Source of the DNA: Octopus vulgaris | Taxonomy: Eukaryota | Direction: 5' to 3' | DNA: 64,000 nucleotides | Assembly (NCBI GenBank): GCA_951406725.2 | Contig: OX597825.1 | Span: 85,126,001 to 85,190,000 of the forward strand | Shown here: positions 13,306 through 28,297 of the stretch, piece by piece | Position numbering within the stretch: position 1 is the first letter of the stretch | Layout of the letters: each line of letters opens with the position of its first letter | Notes under the pieces: generated by a model | What the model was told of the DNA's origin: nothing | What the model saw: only the letters and a program-made list of their open reading frames with translations | Databases searched by the model: none | Position numbers and translations under genes: made by a program

Positions 13306-13353
<48 letters not shown>

Positions 13354-13355
<2 letters not shown>

Positions 13356-13487
13356 TAGTAGTAGTAACAGAGAAGAGAAATTTCGGTTGTCCCCACGTGG
13401 TGGATTGTAATGTATATAAGAAATTAAAAAAGAAAAATACGCACACTTACATGGTTGTAAGAGTGCGCATTTCCTCTTTTAATTTCT

Positions 13488-13494
<7 letters not shown>
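13354..13494 (-). mobile_element. PLE-like pseudo-LTR end with inverted duplication, inside (TA)n
   Basis: Reverse complement of 24737-24830; hairpin arms 13413-13451 and 13456-13494 around loop TGGT; (TA)n on both sides. Confidence 0.65.
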
Positions 13495-13536
<42 letters not shown>

Positions 13537-13939
13537 CCCTTGCATAAACCAACGCAGCTAGTTCCTGCAGGGACACAGGTTCGTTTCAGTCGTCCGATGT
13601 CTCCTCAACGATATTCTAACATCAAGCCGTGGGTCCAATTATACTGCTGAGAGAGCATTACGCAGGAAGGGATTCTGAAACCAAGTAACGCCATTAATGT
13701 CTACACAAATAATGACATAAAACATTTCACTGTATATGAAAAATGTAAATCAATAAATTAGATGTCACGAAGCCCACGTGATATGGCGAACTTTGAAAAG
13801 CAACCATCATTGTCGAGAGTTAGATTCGAGTCAAACCGAATAGCTGCCAGTTTAAAGTTTATTCTTCACACAGAATAAATGTTAGTGGTGCATTTTGGTG
13901 CCTTAGTATATATATACATATATACACATATATATATGC

Positions 13940-13988
<49 letters not shown>

Positions 13989-14030
13989 TATACATACGTA
14001 TATATATACACACACATATTTTTTATACAT

Positions 14031-14063
<33 letters not shown>

Positions 14064-14106
14064 CACACACAGACACACACACACAGACACACACACACAT
14101 ACACAC

Positions 14107-14171
<65 letters not shown>

Positions 14172-14637
14172 CATACATACATACATATATATACGCAAAT
14201 AGCTATGACGGTGCACACGATCAAATTGACGAGATCTACATTTTTATTCAACACATAAGTATGTCAGTATCCTTGTGTTCTTCCTTGTTTGTTTGTGTAC
14301 ATCTATAAGTCGATGTACATAAAACATCAGTAGACACGTGCGCATATATCCTTTTATAAGTGTGGACGTGTCTCTATACTTATGATGTTTGCGAGAAAAA
14401 TATGATGTATTTTCAATACATAAAAATATTTCTCTGTATTTCAGTATATGTATTCAGGAGAGTATTACATGAATGTAGATATTATTGTACTGTACTGTAC
14501 AGACTTGTATTTTATACCTTGCACAAATTCTACGCAATCTATATACATATATACACATTTGTATATACGTTGTGTATTTGTGTGTATGTGTATATATATA
14601 TTTATTTATATCTATATACATGTATGTATATATATAC

Positions 14638-14716
<79 letters not shown>

Positions 14717-15573
14717 AATATATATATATATATTTATATACGTTTTTACGTGTATACACAAATGTGAAAAAGAAAGAATTTTATAAATTTATGGTTAACG
14801 ACGCAGTATATAATTTTTTTTCTTTTAACACAGACGCTGAAAAGAAATTATAAATTTCATACTTGCGTGTATAACTGTGTATATCTGTGTATATCCGTGT
14901 ATAACAAAGATGTATATTTAATTTATGTATCTGTCTACACCAGACCGTATAGAATATGAGAAAAAAACACACAATTCTTTTTTTATAATAATTCACATTG
15001 CATTTAAAATGGCGGCATCTGATCAAAACTGTTGCCATTTATTTTGTCAGGTTTTATCAGAGATATATTCTTCTATCAGTACATCATCAAATAGATTTAC
15101 AATTCAACCGCTTCTGCTATTATTACAATTGTTGTTTAAATTATATTCATTCATTATTGTTTGTATTATTATTCTTTTAACATCCAGTTTTCGCATTATT
15201 TACCCAGCTACTCCCTATGGACCTTATCGTCAACGTAACGCAATTTCAAATATAAATTTCAATAAAAATGACTTATCTACGACATTTACCTTTATCAGAA
15301 ACTTCGTGGTAGTAGCCATTTTGAAATATTGACGGATTTTTTTTAAGATTTTTTTTTTTTATTTTAAAACTTACATTTTGTATTTTTGAGTCTGTTTGTG
15401 TTTATGTCCCTTTGTGTATGTATGTACATATGATTGTGTGTGTGTGTGTGTATAGATATACATGAATGCACATATCGTGTATGAATGTATATTTTTAAGT
15501 GTATATAATTAGGCACATATGCGCACGCACACATACGCAAGCACGCATACACACACATCAAAATATATTGAAG

Positions 15574-15711
<138 letters not shown>

Positions 15712-15847
15712 TGGATATAGATATATATATATGAATTTATATATACATAGGCATATATGTATATATATACATGTACAATCACATACAACCATATATATAT
15801 ATATGTGGCTGTATGTGATTGTATGTGGTTGTATGTGGCTGTATGTG

Positions 15848-16041
15848 ATGTCAGTCGCCATGATAGATCGTTAGCCACTACACACATTTTTCTCTCCTTT
15901 TTTTCTCTCCTTGTTTTTTCTGTCTCCCTTTCTGTTGAAGAGCGTAGGCTCGAAAGGTAAAATTCCTGAGCTTTATACTAATACATCTGTTTGTTTTGTA
16001 CACCGCCTGTCTTCGTCTTTTGTTGTTTTCATAAACTCTCC

Positions 16042-16043
<2 letters not shown>
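15848..16043 (+). mobile_element. PLE-like pseudo-LTR remnant with hammerhead-like motif
   Basis: cttt-CTGTTGA-a-gagc(gtag)gctc-GAAA-ggTA-aaa at 15928-15962; pyrimidine-rich flanks; ends in (TA)n. Confidence 0.5.
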
Positions 16044-16119
<76 letters not shown>

Positions 16120-16304
16120 ATATATATTTATATATATATGAGTTTAAATGCAGAGTATTTTGAAATTGTATGGAGCATACCGTACTAAATTCTGGTGCCT
16201 TAACTTAAGTACCATATTCATCTGAATTAAAATTTTTGCTGAATTCATATGTATATATATATACATATGTATGTACCTTTGAATAGTGGTAAAATGTATA
16301 TATG

Positions 16305-16605
16305 TGCGTAGGGATTGCTGACGGATAAGTGGCTAGTTTTGCACCCACATGGTTGACTTACACCTTCGGCGAGGGTTTTTCGTTTACACATGTGTGTGTG
16401 TGTATGTGCGCGTGCATTTCCGCACCATCACCTGACCGCCGGTGTTGGTCTGTTTATATTCCCGTAACATAATGGTTCATTACAAAGACCGATAATACCA
16501 GGCTTCAAAAGATATAATTACTAGGGTCGATTTATTGGACTGAAACCTCTTCCATGCGCTGCTGCAGGATTCCATCAGTCAAATTAGTGAAACAAATAGA
16601 AAATT
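16305..16605 (+). mobile_element. SINE family B, degenerate
   Basis: cccacatggtt...ggtgttggtctgtttatattcccgtaac...gggtcgatttattggact...cagtcaaattagtgaaacaaata. Confidence 0.65.
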
Positions 16606-16640
16606 AAATATGCGTGCGCATACATATTAATGCATATACA

Positions 16641-16720
16641 TTTCTACTCTAGGCACAAGGCCCGAAATTTGGGGGCAGGTGTCCAGTCGATTAGATCAAC
16701 CCCGGTACGCAACTGGTATT
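16641..16720 (-). mobile_element. SINE family A 3' fragment
   Basis: tttctactctaggcacaaggcccgaaattt...agtcgattagatcaaccccggtacgcaactggta is the reverse complement of the family A tail. Confidence 0.75.
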
Positions 16721-17249
16721 AGCTTCAGGAATATAAAATTAAGGAGGTGTGAAAACAAATTCAAAGGCCGACGTATATGTTCATTCAACCCATATTAACG
16801 AAGTTCTCCATGGTATACAAAGTACGTGCATAGATGCATTCATCTATATAATATATAAAAAGTTTCTAAGGATTTATAAATGCATATATATACACGAAAA
16901 TTTATAAATATTTAAACATTCATACACATATAAAAATTTTACAAACGCATAAAAGTTCATGAATGTAAATATATAAAAAAAAAGTGTAAGTCCATAAATG
17001 AACTTGCGAAATCCGAATGAAAAAGATGATGAATCGGATGTAAACTGATTCTTAATGAGTTTGGAACATGTATAAAGACGATATATAAAGTCTTATGGCC
17101 GTTTCGAAAAGATATAAGTTGCTATGGTCGAGCTAACTCCAACCATAGCAATATTCTATATTTTTGTCATCAGCGTTCATAGAATCACATGGTTATAATC
17201 TGAAAAGTAATGATAGGTTAAATAATTTTAAAAATCGAATATATATATA

Positions 17250-17435
17250 TATCTGTAATATAATATGCGACAATTATTCGGATGCCATAATAAAACTCCG
17301 CGTTTCAAATTTCTGCGATGACATCCGAAGCTCGGAGTTATAATATGGCAACCGAATAATTGTCACATATAATAATACAGATAATTTACATTTACATAAT
17401 ATCTTTTGTTGTCATAGTATTAGTATTAATAAATT
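17250..17435. mobile_element. Inverted-duplication module with unpaired tail inside (TA)n (PLE-like)
   Basis: About 51-bp arms 17250-17300 and 17333-17383 (imperfect), 32-nt loop, about 50-nt unpaired extension, (TA)n on both sides. Confidence 0.6.
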
Positions 17436-17507
17436 ATATATATGTGTATATATATATATATATATATACATACACATGTATGACAGAGAGACAGACAGAC
17501 AACAAAC

Positions 17508-17601
<94 letters not shown>

Positions 17602-18265
17602 TTAGATGAATACCTACATGTACCTTTAACTATTAATATGAAATATTGATTATTTTTTCTAGATGCACACTCACACACAAACACATGTAAGCAAAAATTT
17701 GTGAGTGAACGCTTGTGTGCATGAAGGCGCGAGCGCGAATGTGTATGAGCATGAGTGTGTGTGTGTGAGTACTTACCAAAATATAGGCCAGTTTCAAGAA
17801 GAATCCAATAACATACATTTCTACAACCATGTGTACCAAATTCCTACATTTTCAATTACCTGTATATACATATATATATATATTCATATATATATAAATC
17901 TATCACATGTATATATGTGTACGCTGACAGAACGTTTCTTGTATACACACACATACATATACGTATGTATGTATGTATATATGTATATATCTGTATGGTT
18001 CAATAATTGTTGAGTGGCAGTCCTTATCTCTTTTATAGAAATTATGATTGACGTCAACAGAAATATTGGAATTTCGTTCGAGTTTTAGAATATCGCTAAC
18101 AATTTGTCTGCCTTCCTATAGATTTACACTCTGCCGTCGTATGAATATGTATATAAATATAAGAATACGCTCACACATGCATACACACATGCACATACAA
18201 ACAAGCTTGTATGTACTGTTTCTGTATTTATATATATAAAAGAATTGTTTGTATATTTGTATGGA

Positions 18266-18326
<61 letters not shown>

Positions 18327-18775
18327 ATATATATAAGTGTACGTATAATTTTGTATTATTACACATGTACACACGCACGCACGCACCCATGTATACAAAC
18401 ATATATAATTGTATATATGCGTGTGTGAAGTTTATGATTAACTGTGTGAATATATATATAGATATACACAGACGTAAATGATAGAAAACGGAAGACATAA
18501 TCAAAGTTTAACGACACATTTTTAGACCTGTAGTACATTTGTGGCATATATACATTATCATGCATCCAAGGTGTAAAATGCACTTCCCCAGGTGATTGTT
18601 TAAAGAAGTCTTTGCTAGAGCCTACCGTCACTTCACTCAATGTTAGAATGCAAACACCACTGTATGATGACATCAGATGTCCAATAACTGTAGAAGAGCT
18701 TTGCATAGCATTCTACAAATATTTTACTCGAATCCCATTTAACTTATATATATGCATACGGTTATGTTTGTCTGT

Positions 18776-18829
<54 letters not shown>

Positions 18830-19429
18830 GTGCACGCGTGTATATGTGTGTATGCGCGCGTATGCGTTTGTTTTACTAGGTTTCATATTAAATTAATATA
18901 TCTTTTTTATATTCTATTGATATACAACTATATTTTTATCATTACTGCTTTGTGTGCTGCTAATGAACTAATTCCAGTTTGACAAAGCTTCGCACCTGTC
19001 AGCAAATTTGTTATTTCTTGTTTAGAGATAAAACAGCTGTCCTTAGCATACGGTGTCGGTACCTGAAGAGCTATAACGACGCAGAAACGTGAGTGCTGCG
19101 CTCCAATGTCGACATTCGCACCACAATGTTGTGTTTTTCAGATACAGATTGTCTACAGGGAGAAGTTCTCTCCTCAAAAATTTCCCGCGGTGAAATTATT
19201 TCTATCTTTGGAGGTACCAACTGAATATAATTCTGCGCAACTATATATTGGTAGTACTAATGTTGTAATTTTGCGAAGTAAGATGCTCAAGTAATATATG
19301 AGTGCATGTATACATAAATATTTATACAAACACACACACACACATATATATGCATACATTCTGATAGAACATTTTATCAATGTTCACAGAACAGCATAAT
19401 GCAACAAAGGTTGAATAATGAGGCAATTT

Positions 19430-19870
19430 TCATCAATAAATATCTTCCCCAACACAACTTAATACAGAACACCACTAACCCCTATACACTCCCTCCGTCA
19501 TTCACATTACAATTCTATGTCTAACACAACTGCACTAAATCTAGAACTACTTACCTCCCTTACAAATAACATTTTTACTCAGGAACTATTAGACCTGACA
19601 CCGTTTATTAACCGGTGTTTATTCAAAGCAATGAACAGCTTATGACGAAATCATGGTGTGCTTTACTTACTGACTTTTTAATCATCACATAATAATGACT
19701 TTTATTACTACCTCAGTCCATCTAAATGTATATATCTGTCGTTACCTTTCATAAATAGCCTTTTCTTTTCTTATTTACAATGTGCATTTTCGTTGATTTT
19801 TCTTATTTTCCCCTTACATTTCCACGTGTATTTTATATTTTATATCTTCTTTTTGTAACATATTTCTACT
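19430..19870 (+). mobile_element. PLE-like pseudo-LTR remnant with degenerate hammerhead
   Basis: aaagca-ATGAACA-gcttatgac-GAAA-t(catg)g-TG-tgcttt at 19625-19664 (6-bp stem I, palindromic CATG loop); T-rich 3' part ends in (TA)n. Confidence 0.5.
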
Positions 19871-20072
19871 ATATATATATATGTGCGTGTATGTGTGTGT
19901 ATACATATGTATAAATATATATACATATATATACATATATATACATATATATATGTATACATATATATATATGTATAGATATATGTTCTTTTACATATAG
20001 ATATGTTCTTTACATATAGATATTTCACTTTTTTACTAGTTTCAGTCATTTGACTGCGACCATGCTGAAATG

Positions 20073-20126
<54 letters not shown>

Positions 20127-20127
20127 G

Positions 20128-20178
<51 letters not shown>

Positions 20179-22539
20179 ATATAAATATTATATCTCTATG
20201 TTCGTATATATACATATGTATGCATATATTATGTGTATATAGATATACGTATATATTTATGTATGTACATATGTATAAAGATATACATACATATGTATAT
20301 ATGTACGTATGCATGTCTACTGTTTACTAAACGGTTTATGCATTCATTAGCAAAGACATACATGCCCACATCTCACATATAAACACACTTAACCATCTAC
20401 AAACTAAACATATATATGAATAAACTTACATGCGTATAGGTATATACGCGTAAATACATAAGTATATATGTACAAAAATACATACACGCCTATATACATA
20501 TATACTCATATATCTATGGCAATAACCATTGTATTTCCTTCTGTGTATTAATATGAATGAGGAGATTCTCCAAATGTTTAAAACATATATGGCTCGCATA
20601 TTCCTCGTTGACAATTCTCTGACAAGCTTTTTAGAGATTTTTTGCCTATTCTTGAATGATATTGTTTATAGATATAATGTTGGTTTTGGTTTTTTAATAC
20701 ATTTTGCGTATATATATATATATATATATATTGTCATGTGCATATTCTGAATATTTTAAACCATTTCTGTAGAAAATGGAGTTACAATATGTGGATGGTT
20801 GTAACAACGTCAGAATTGCTACATAGAGGATCATTGATGACGGTCAAACGAAACACTTTGCGCTTGAAACAGTGTTATCGTTTTTCAGAATATATTTGCA
20901 TTTTCACTTCGTAGTCAATAGTTGAGATGAATGGTTGTCTCAAACGTCATTACGCTAGTATTGGTCAAAAAGTGTCTAAGGGGTTAATACTGACAATTAA
21001 TCACAGTGTTAATAAATCAATCTGTGACACCCTTGATTTATCCATTCATCTATCCAGCCATACATACATACATATATACATACATACATACATACATACA
21101 TACATACATACATACATACATACATTAAACTATAGCTTAGATACGGGCAAAGATGATTGTGTTGCATGAATAAAAGCATAACGCAGTTGACAGTGCACTT
21201 GGAGTTTTTATGTGTATCTTTTTGCATTATTTCATCTCATATCATGTCTTTATAATATGTTTTTAACAAGAGAATGTGATGGAACGATATTGTGCAAATC
21301 TCTGGGCCCTCACCGGTGTTTGAAAATCTAACCCGTTCCGGGTAGATATTACCGATCAACTTCTTGTATAGATTTTGATTATTTTGACGATCGTTATAAA
21401 TTAGATATTTATGTACTATATTTAGAAACAATATGGAATGCTCACGATTGAAAAGTTGTTTGTCATAATTCTGCCTGATATAGAGACTAAATCTCCCTTA
21501 CATCACACCTTACATCTTTAAAAGAAATTTCCATTGACTGATATGTTTTATGAAGCAATGTCTAAAGCAACCTTTGGAACGGTTACGGCCGAAGTGTTAC
21601 CCATGTTTGGCCTGCTAAAATACCACTGAACTCCGATTAAGCAAGCAACAATAATAAACCGCGAAAGTACCGACTGAAACAGAATCCTATATCTCAGCCG
21701 CCGAAATATATTTCAGTGCGCGTTTAACATTTGACCGAAAGACTTTATAAGCCAATTGTTTGCATTATTTCGCAATGTATTTATAGTTCCACCTTTGCAT
21801 AACGAAAATCAATTGATTATATAATAACATCTATATTTACAAAAAAAATAATAAATAAATAAACGTTAAATTTGGTATCCGCGCTGATTGCAACTAATTT
21901 TCGAAATAACACGCCCGAACCAGATTTCCTATTAAATAGATTGCACAACGCTTCTTGCTTTGGACTACATTGCTTTTCATACTGAATCTCGCAACTAAAC
22001 TCGATTATATTTTGTTCTTAATGCCTTCACCACCAAATATTTTTTATCTATTTATTCTTTTTTCTACCTCTCCTATCTATCTCGCTATTATATAATTTCT
22101 CTCTGTTTCCATTTACGTTCCCAACTCACCACTTCCTGTTTCCGACCACTGATAAATCTTTTAGCTTCCAGATCAGCTTGCGAGCACACGTATCCTTCTC
22201 CTCTCCAGCATTTCCTTAAAAACATCGTCCAACTATTCTTCATATATATCCAGTTCGATGCCGTACTTCAGACTCGATTACTTTGCGTTGTTTTGTTGTG
22301 CATTTTATTTTCCTCGTATGTTATTAATATTATATTCATAAAAGCAAAATACATTTATGTTTTCCAACGCTGTTTTTCTTCTGTCATCTCTCCTACTCTC
22401 TCCTCTTAATCTTCTTTGTTTCATCCGCCCCGATAGCTAAAACACAACTTGTCTTGGTTTCGATTCTCATTTCAAACATCTAAAAATAAACTCCAATAAA
22501 CACAGACATGTATGCACACACACGCGCGCCTTTTTATCA

Positions 22540-22745
22540 TTTATTTGTTGCAATCTTTGGATTGCAACCATGCTAGTGTGCCGCCTTGACTGGTTCGAGT
22601 CGAGCAAATCAAACACAGTACTTATTTTCTAATGCCTCATAATATCAAAGCAATCTCTTTTGGTGAACCGCTAATTTGCAGTGACGTAAACAAACCATCA
22701 CAGGTTGTCAGGCAGTGGTAGGAGACAAACATAGGCGCAAACACT
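22540..22745 (-). mobile_element. SINE family B 3' half, degenerate
   Basis: gcaaccatgctagtgtgccgcctt...gtcgagcaaatc...agtacttattt...gaaccgctaa...gacgtaaacaaacca. Confidence 0.65.
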
Positions 22746-24089
22746 GACACTCATAAACGCATACACAAAATGTATATATATATATGTGTATATATATATA
22801 TATATATCCACACCTCCAATTTGGATATATATATGCCGAACAGAGGAGTCACACAGGAGAGCTAGAAAGAAGGGGAGATAATAAAGTAGTGGTGATCCCA
22901 AAACGATGGTGCGCGTGCCTGTGTATGTGAGAGCGTGTTTGTGCGTGCGGAAAGGGGCAGGTGACCTTGACGTGTGCATGTGTGCATGTGTAGGCGTGTG
23001 GATGATGGTGTAGGTGGTAAAAAGTGGTTAGTACTAGTGTGTGCGATGGTGTGAGTGCTACACACTCACATATACATCCGTTGTGTGAGAGGAAGTACGC
23101 AACAAGCTTCATAATAAATCTATTTATGAAATGCACTTTAATAAGAAGGTGTGTTTTTCATTGTTTTATTAATTGTTCCTGCAGTTCTACTTGATTTATA
23201 TCCTACTCTTACGGATGTCCATTGTCTTTCCACTTTATTTAACTTAGTCGACAGGAGATACGTGTTTCCCTTCGGCAGTTTCAGACGTTTGGGAATTATT
23301 TACTGCTTGTGAAAGACTGTAATTGTTTAAATTTAGTCATAACTCAAAGAAAAGGAAATTCTCTTTTATATAATTTTGTTGGTTTATTTTCTTTTCATAC
23401 TTCTGTATATTTTGGAAATTAATCATGCGAAAAAAAAATTTAAGAATTTTAAATGATATTTTCGGGTAAAACTTGTCTTGAAATGAATCATTATAAAACA
23501 GTTCAATGAAAAATAATTATTAAAAGCGAAATAATTATCAAAATTCTTCAAAATGCCTCTTTCTTCCAGCTCTTGTTGTACAAAGGTAAAATTTATGATG
23601 AATTCGAAACTTCATGTTTGAGTGCGTGTGTGTGTATGCATGTGTGTATGCATGTGTGCATGAGTTTGTGTGTATACAGATATGACGTTTTGAATACGTT
23701 GGACCTTTTAATATGTGTGTGTGTGTGTATGCCTGGAATTCATCTATTTAATAAATTGACATAAATGCCTTCCTCCTCGACTTCACCAAAATCTTAACGC
23801 CTGACCCTTATCTCCATCCCGAACCGACCCTCACGAAAAATAATACAGGCATCTTATCTTTGTCTTTATTTTTGTTTATTATTCGATTTTCTTTCACTTT
23901 CTCCCTCATTCGTTCTTTCCCGCACCTATCCCATTCCTTTCTTTCCTTTCTCTTCTCTCTTTCTCCTCTCTCTCGTCTATTCACTCACTCACACCCTATA
24001 TCTATCTATCATGATGTCTGTCTTTCTCTCTATATATATAACCACGTAAACCATTTTCATACTAGCTAACCACTTAATTCTATTCCTTC

Positions 24090-24487
24090 AGCAAAAAACG
24101 CAACATTCTAAATACTGCCTCGATTTACCTGGCATTGTACCTAAGGGCCTTCACGGAAGTACGGACCAACGTCCATCCCCTCGGAAAGATGAGCTGTAAC
24201 CTTTATTCTCCTATCTGTATTCTTCAGTCTACTGTTTAACTCCTTATTCTTCTATCTAGTATTTTATTCCTTATAAACTGTGAATTTCCCTGTCTAGAAC
24301 CTTCATACATACCCACCTCGTCTCTGATGACGAAATACCCAACTTACGGACATGCTAGCCTATCACTTGAGATATATCAGAAAGAGGTGTAAGACTTCAA
24401 ATTCACCTTATCCTAATTAAATTATTATAAATGAGTTGCGATACTCGTCCGGCCTTCGTTCTTGTTGTCCTTTATACCTCTAACATG
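24090..24487 (+). mobile_element. PLE 3' end / pseudo-LTR with hammerhead motif
   Basis: gtct-CTGATGA-(stem II)-GAAA-gaggtg-TA-agac at 24320-24395; shares ataaactgtgaattt and gatactcgt.c.gccttcgtt with the reverse complement of 35968-36250; upstream LPGIVPKGL resembles the PLE GIY-YIG terminal L.T..P.GLN; ends in (TA)n. Confidence 0.65.
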
Positions 24488-24503
24488 ATATATGTATATA
24501 TAC

Positions 24504-24594
<91 letters not shown>

Positions 24595-24600
24595 TATATA

Positions 24601-24825
24601 TTCACTCGTGAATCTCAGTATAAACAACATGGACCAATTTTCTTCTTAAGAAAAAATATATTTTCATATAAATTGAACATTGTATCATGAATAGCGATTG
24701 CGAAACCAGTCGATACGTTAAAAATTATACTATAACCATGTAAGTGTGCGTATTTTCCGTTTTTATTTTTCTTATATACATTACAATCCACCACGTGGGG
24801 ACAACCGAAATTCCTCTCTTCTATT

Positions 24826-24830
<5 letters not shown>
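24601..24830 (+). mobile_element. PLE-like pseudo-LTR with minimal hammerhead motif, inside (TA)n
   Basis: gtatc-ATGAATA-gc(gatt)gc-GAAA-cca-GTC-gatac at 24682-24716; second copy of its 3' end at 13354-13455. Confidence 0.65.
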
Positions 24831-24907
<77 letters not shown>

Positions 24908-24988
24908 CATATATATAAATATATATATATATACATATATATACATATATATATATACATACATATAAATATACATATATATATATAC

Positions 24989-25046
<58 letters not shown>

Positions 25047-25560
25047 ACATATATACGGAAAGGTATATATACATATAAATACAAACATCTATACATACAT
25101 ATGTGTATATATGTGAACCTATTTGATTATTAATCTACATACGTACGTATTATATGTATTTGTGCACGTATGTATGAGTGTGTTTATGTGTATAAGTATC
25201 CAGAAATTGTAAGACAATATATACAAGATTTGCTTTCATTTATCATCATCACAATCATCTTCATCATTTTTTTTTTTTTTTTTGTGTTCATTTATTAGAA
25301 ATGCCTTCAGAACGTCAGGTATATATTGTTCAAAGCAAAAATTCGAACTGCAATAATAATTGATAAACATTATTAAAGTTTCGCCTAGAATAAAAAAAAA
25401 ATGTTGTTAAAGAAGATTTGTATCAAATTGATGCCTTTCTCCTGTGTTTATATTGCTAAATAGTAATTACTCTGCTCAAATGTATAATTACCATATCACA
25501 AATTAATGAGGATTTTCTATTTTCATCAATCCAATCAAATCTACTTAAGTATATTCTAAA

Positions 25561-25769
25561 TTAACGACGTTTTAGTCTTATGCCATTCTGTAGGCGCAGG
25601 TAGACATCAGGAGAAATGTATTCAGTCCCTGAACGTTCCATATTTGAAGGGAAAATATGAATTGTTGCTCTTGTAGGGACTTCATGGAAGCGACCAAGAT
25701 CCTTGTAAGAAATTGTTTGTGCAAAAATGTCAAGCAGTCTGTATGGAACAGAAAAAGTATTCCACGTTG
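25561..25769 (-). CDS. Candidate terminal exon of an unidentified gene
   Basis: Acceptor ttattttcaataccag|CAACG; non-repetitive; phase-1 frame (A)TWNTFSVPYRLLDIFAQTISYKDLGRFHEVPTRATIHIFPSNMERSGTEYISPDVYLRLQNGIRLKRR*; AATAAA on the minus strand at 25291-25296. No homology recognised and a second frame is also open. Confidence 0.35.
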
Positions 25770-25786
25770 CTGGTATTGAAAATAAC

Positions 25787-26075
25787 GGCTTAGAGGAGTA
25801 AGGTCGTGCGTTCGATACACAGCAGTGCACAGCGTACTGAGCAACACTCTTTATTTCACTCCAGTCTACTCATGCGGCGAAAATGAGTGGTTTCTGTAAT
25901 TCAAAAGGCCAGGCTTGTCACATTACTTTTTCACCCTGAATCTCCTTGAGAACTACGTCATGGGTTAGTGTGTCTGTGGAGTACTCAGCCATTTGCACGA
26001 TAATTTCATGAGCAAGCTGTTCCATTGATCGGATCACCTGGTTCACTCATCGTCGAAACCGACGGAGTACCATTC
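25787..26075 (+). mobile_element. tRNA-derived SINE family C
   Basis: B-box-like cgttcgatac, then tgagcaacactctttatttcactccagtctactca...aaaatgagt (CORE-like); related head at 33165-33243. Confidence 0.6.
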
Positions 26076-26184
26076 GTTGCATATCGAGAACATCTTCAGA
26101 GCTCTATCGGTTATTTTTTGCATCATCCAACTAAAACACTTTCAGGCAAAATTGCAGTTTTATATCACCAATCTTATTTTTTTT

Positions 26185-26662
<478 letters not shown>

Positions 26663-27146
26663 TATATCACTTTTTTTGTTGTGTTTTGTTTTTTACTATA
26701 ACTGAGCCAGACGCTGCAGTTATTCGGTCTCTTTGCTTTAAACACACGAAATTCGACATTCATAGTCAACATCGTTAATGCAAATGCTATGAAGCCATGA
26801 ACTGGTTAATAGATATACACTTCAGCGTTAAGTCATATGTTGGAGTTGTTATATAAACTAATCCGGAATGAACGCATTGCTGTATTTTATTGAATTAATT
26901 TCTGTTCCTAAGTACTCCAGTATTGATTTGCGTGTAATTAAATTGATAAACCTCTGATAGGTATGATACGAACGCTACTTTACGTCTGCCTGGTAGCATC
27001 ACATTCGTCGATTGATCTAATGGTTGTTACAGAGAACATGCTTGTTAGTTATCCAACTTAGTAATTTATATCGTAGTGTAGTGTCACAGAAGGAATCAGA
27101 CTGTTCTAACTCGATATTAGGACGGGGTTCCTTGAACGTTACTCAC

Positions 27147-27170
27147 CCGTTCGAACGGATTTCGCTGGTT
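27147..27170 (-). CDS. Candidate 24-nt microexon
   Basis: Minus strand actttttccag|AACCAGCGAAATCCGTTCGAACGG|gtgagt: canonical acceptor and strong donor, length divisible by 3, open in all frames. Confidence 0.45.
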
Positions 27171-28254
27171 CTGGAAAAAGTAGTGTTTTAAGATTCAGTA
27201 AAAAAAAAAAATAATAATTCTCTGTTGATGAAAATGATGTGACTTACAACGAGCCAACGAGTAGGTTCAACGTGGTCGATTGACCTGCTAGAAATAGCAG
27301 TCGAATCTTCCATAAATTACACTGAACTGTCTAGAAAAATGGGAAATGTGAGTCTGAAAGAACTTAAAGCACATATAGTAATAATACAATGTGGCAGGAA
27401 GTCAGCAATTCCGGAGAAGAGAAATGGTTGACGCGGTGCCAGTTAGTCTAATGAAGAATTAAATGAACCGAATTGATATGACATAGATTATACCAGGTAA
27501 AAACATCGAAGTCTAGACTGCTCAAAAGGTTTGACAGATGTGATAACTAGCAGAAGCCAAAAAATATGTTTTCTCTAGTATGTATATGGGATTCTATTTC
27601 AATAAATTGTTATGCACAAAAGTAACTGAAGTTCCAGCGATGTCTCTTCATTTCAGAGGGTGGAAATTACGTTTTAGTTCAAACTTCAAATACTTCCTAA
27701 CTACTCATGAACAAAGCTAATCAATGATTATCTCCTATCAATACATTCCTGCGCACTGGAACATAAAAGACATTTGCTGCGGGAGAATGCCATAATGGAA
27801 ATTTTAAATTATCTCTCTATAACTCAAAGAGAGATCGGTAGATTATCAGACACAAAGGTTCTACATGGGTTTGCCTTATCAATGCCAGACAATGTCTCGG
27901 TCATGTCGATCTAGGTAGGAACATTAAGTAAGCGCAACTATGAAAGGATCAAAAATGCATATCGGAAACATCTGTAAGTCTACGATGTAGAAATAAATAA
28001 ATGTGTAATGTTCATAATTCATACATTTTGTTGTATATAACTCTGCGAAAACATATTATATCAACCGGGGAATGCAATCACTGATTTCCAGAGTCCACTG
28101 GTGATGGACTTCCAATTGAGATATCGCCTTATGATTAGCAATTCTATACCAAAGAGAAACTCTTTTGTTATCCTGATGTATTTGTATTAACAGAGAGGTT
28201 AATAAGTATTTTACTAGGATTGATAGTCACTTACACGCACACACACACACACAC

Positions 28255-28294
<40 letters not shown>

Positions 28295-28297
<3 letters not shown>

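Noticed and set aside
15803-15848. Regularly repeated 10-mers (tatgtggctg) as a CRISPR-like array
   Set aside because: Contiguous minisatellite without unique spacers, in a eukaryotic context with no cas genes.
18500-18715. Coding-like island (minus NAMQSSSTVIGH...; plus PLYDDIRCPITVEEL)
   Set aside because: Splice sites are ambiguous and nothing is recognisable; it could be a decayed LINE linker, so it is not supportable as an exon.
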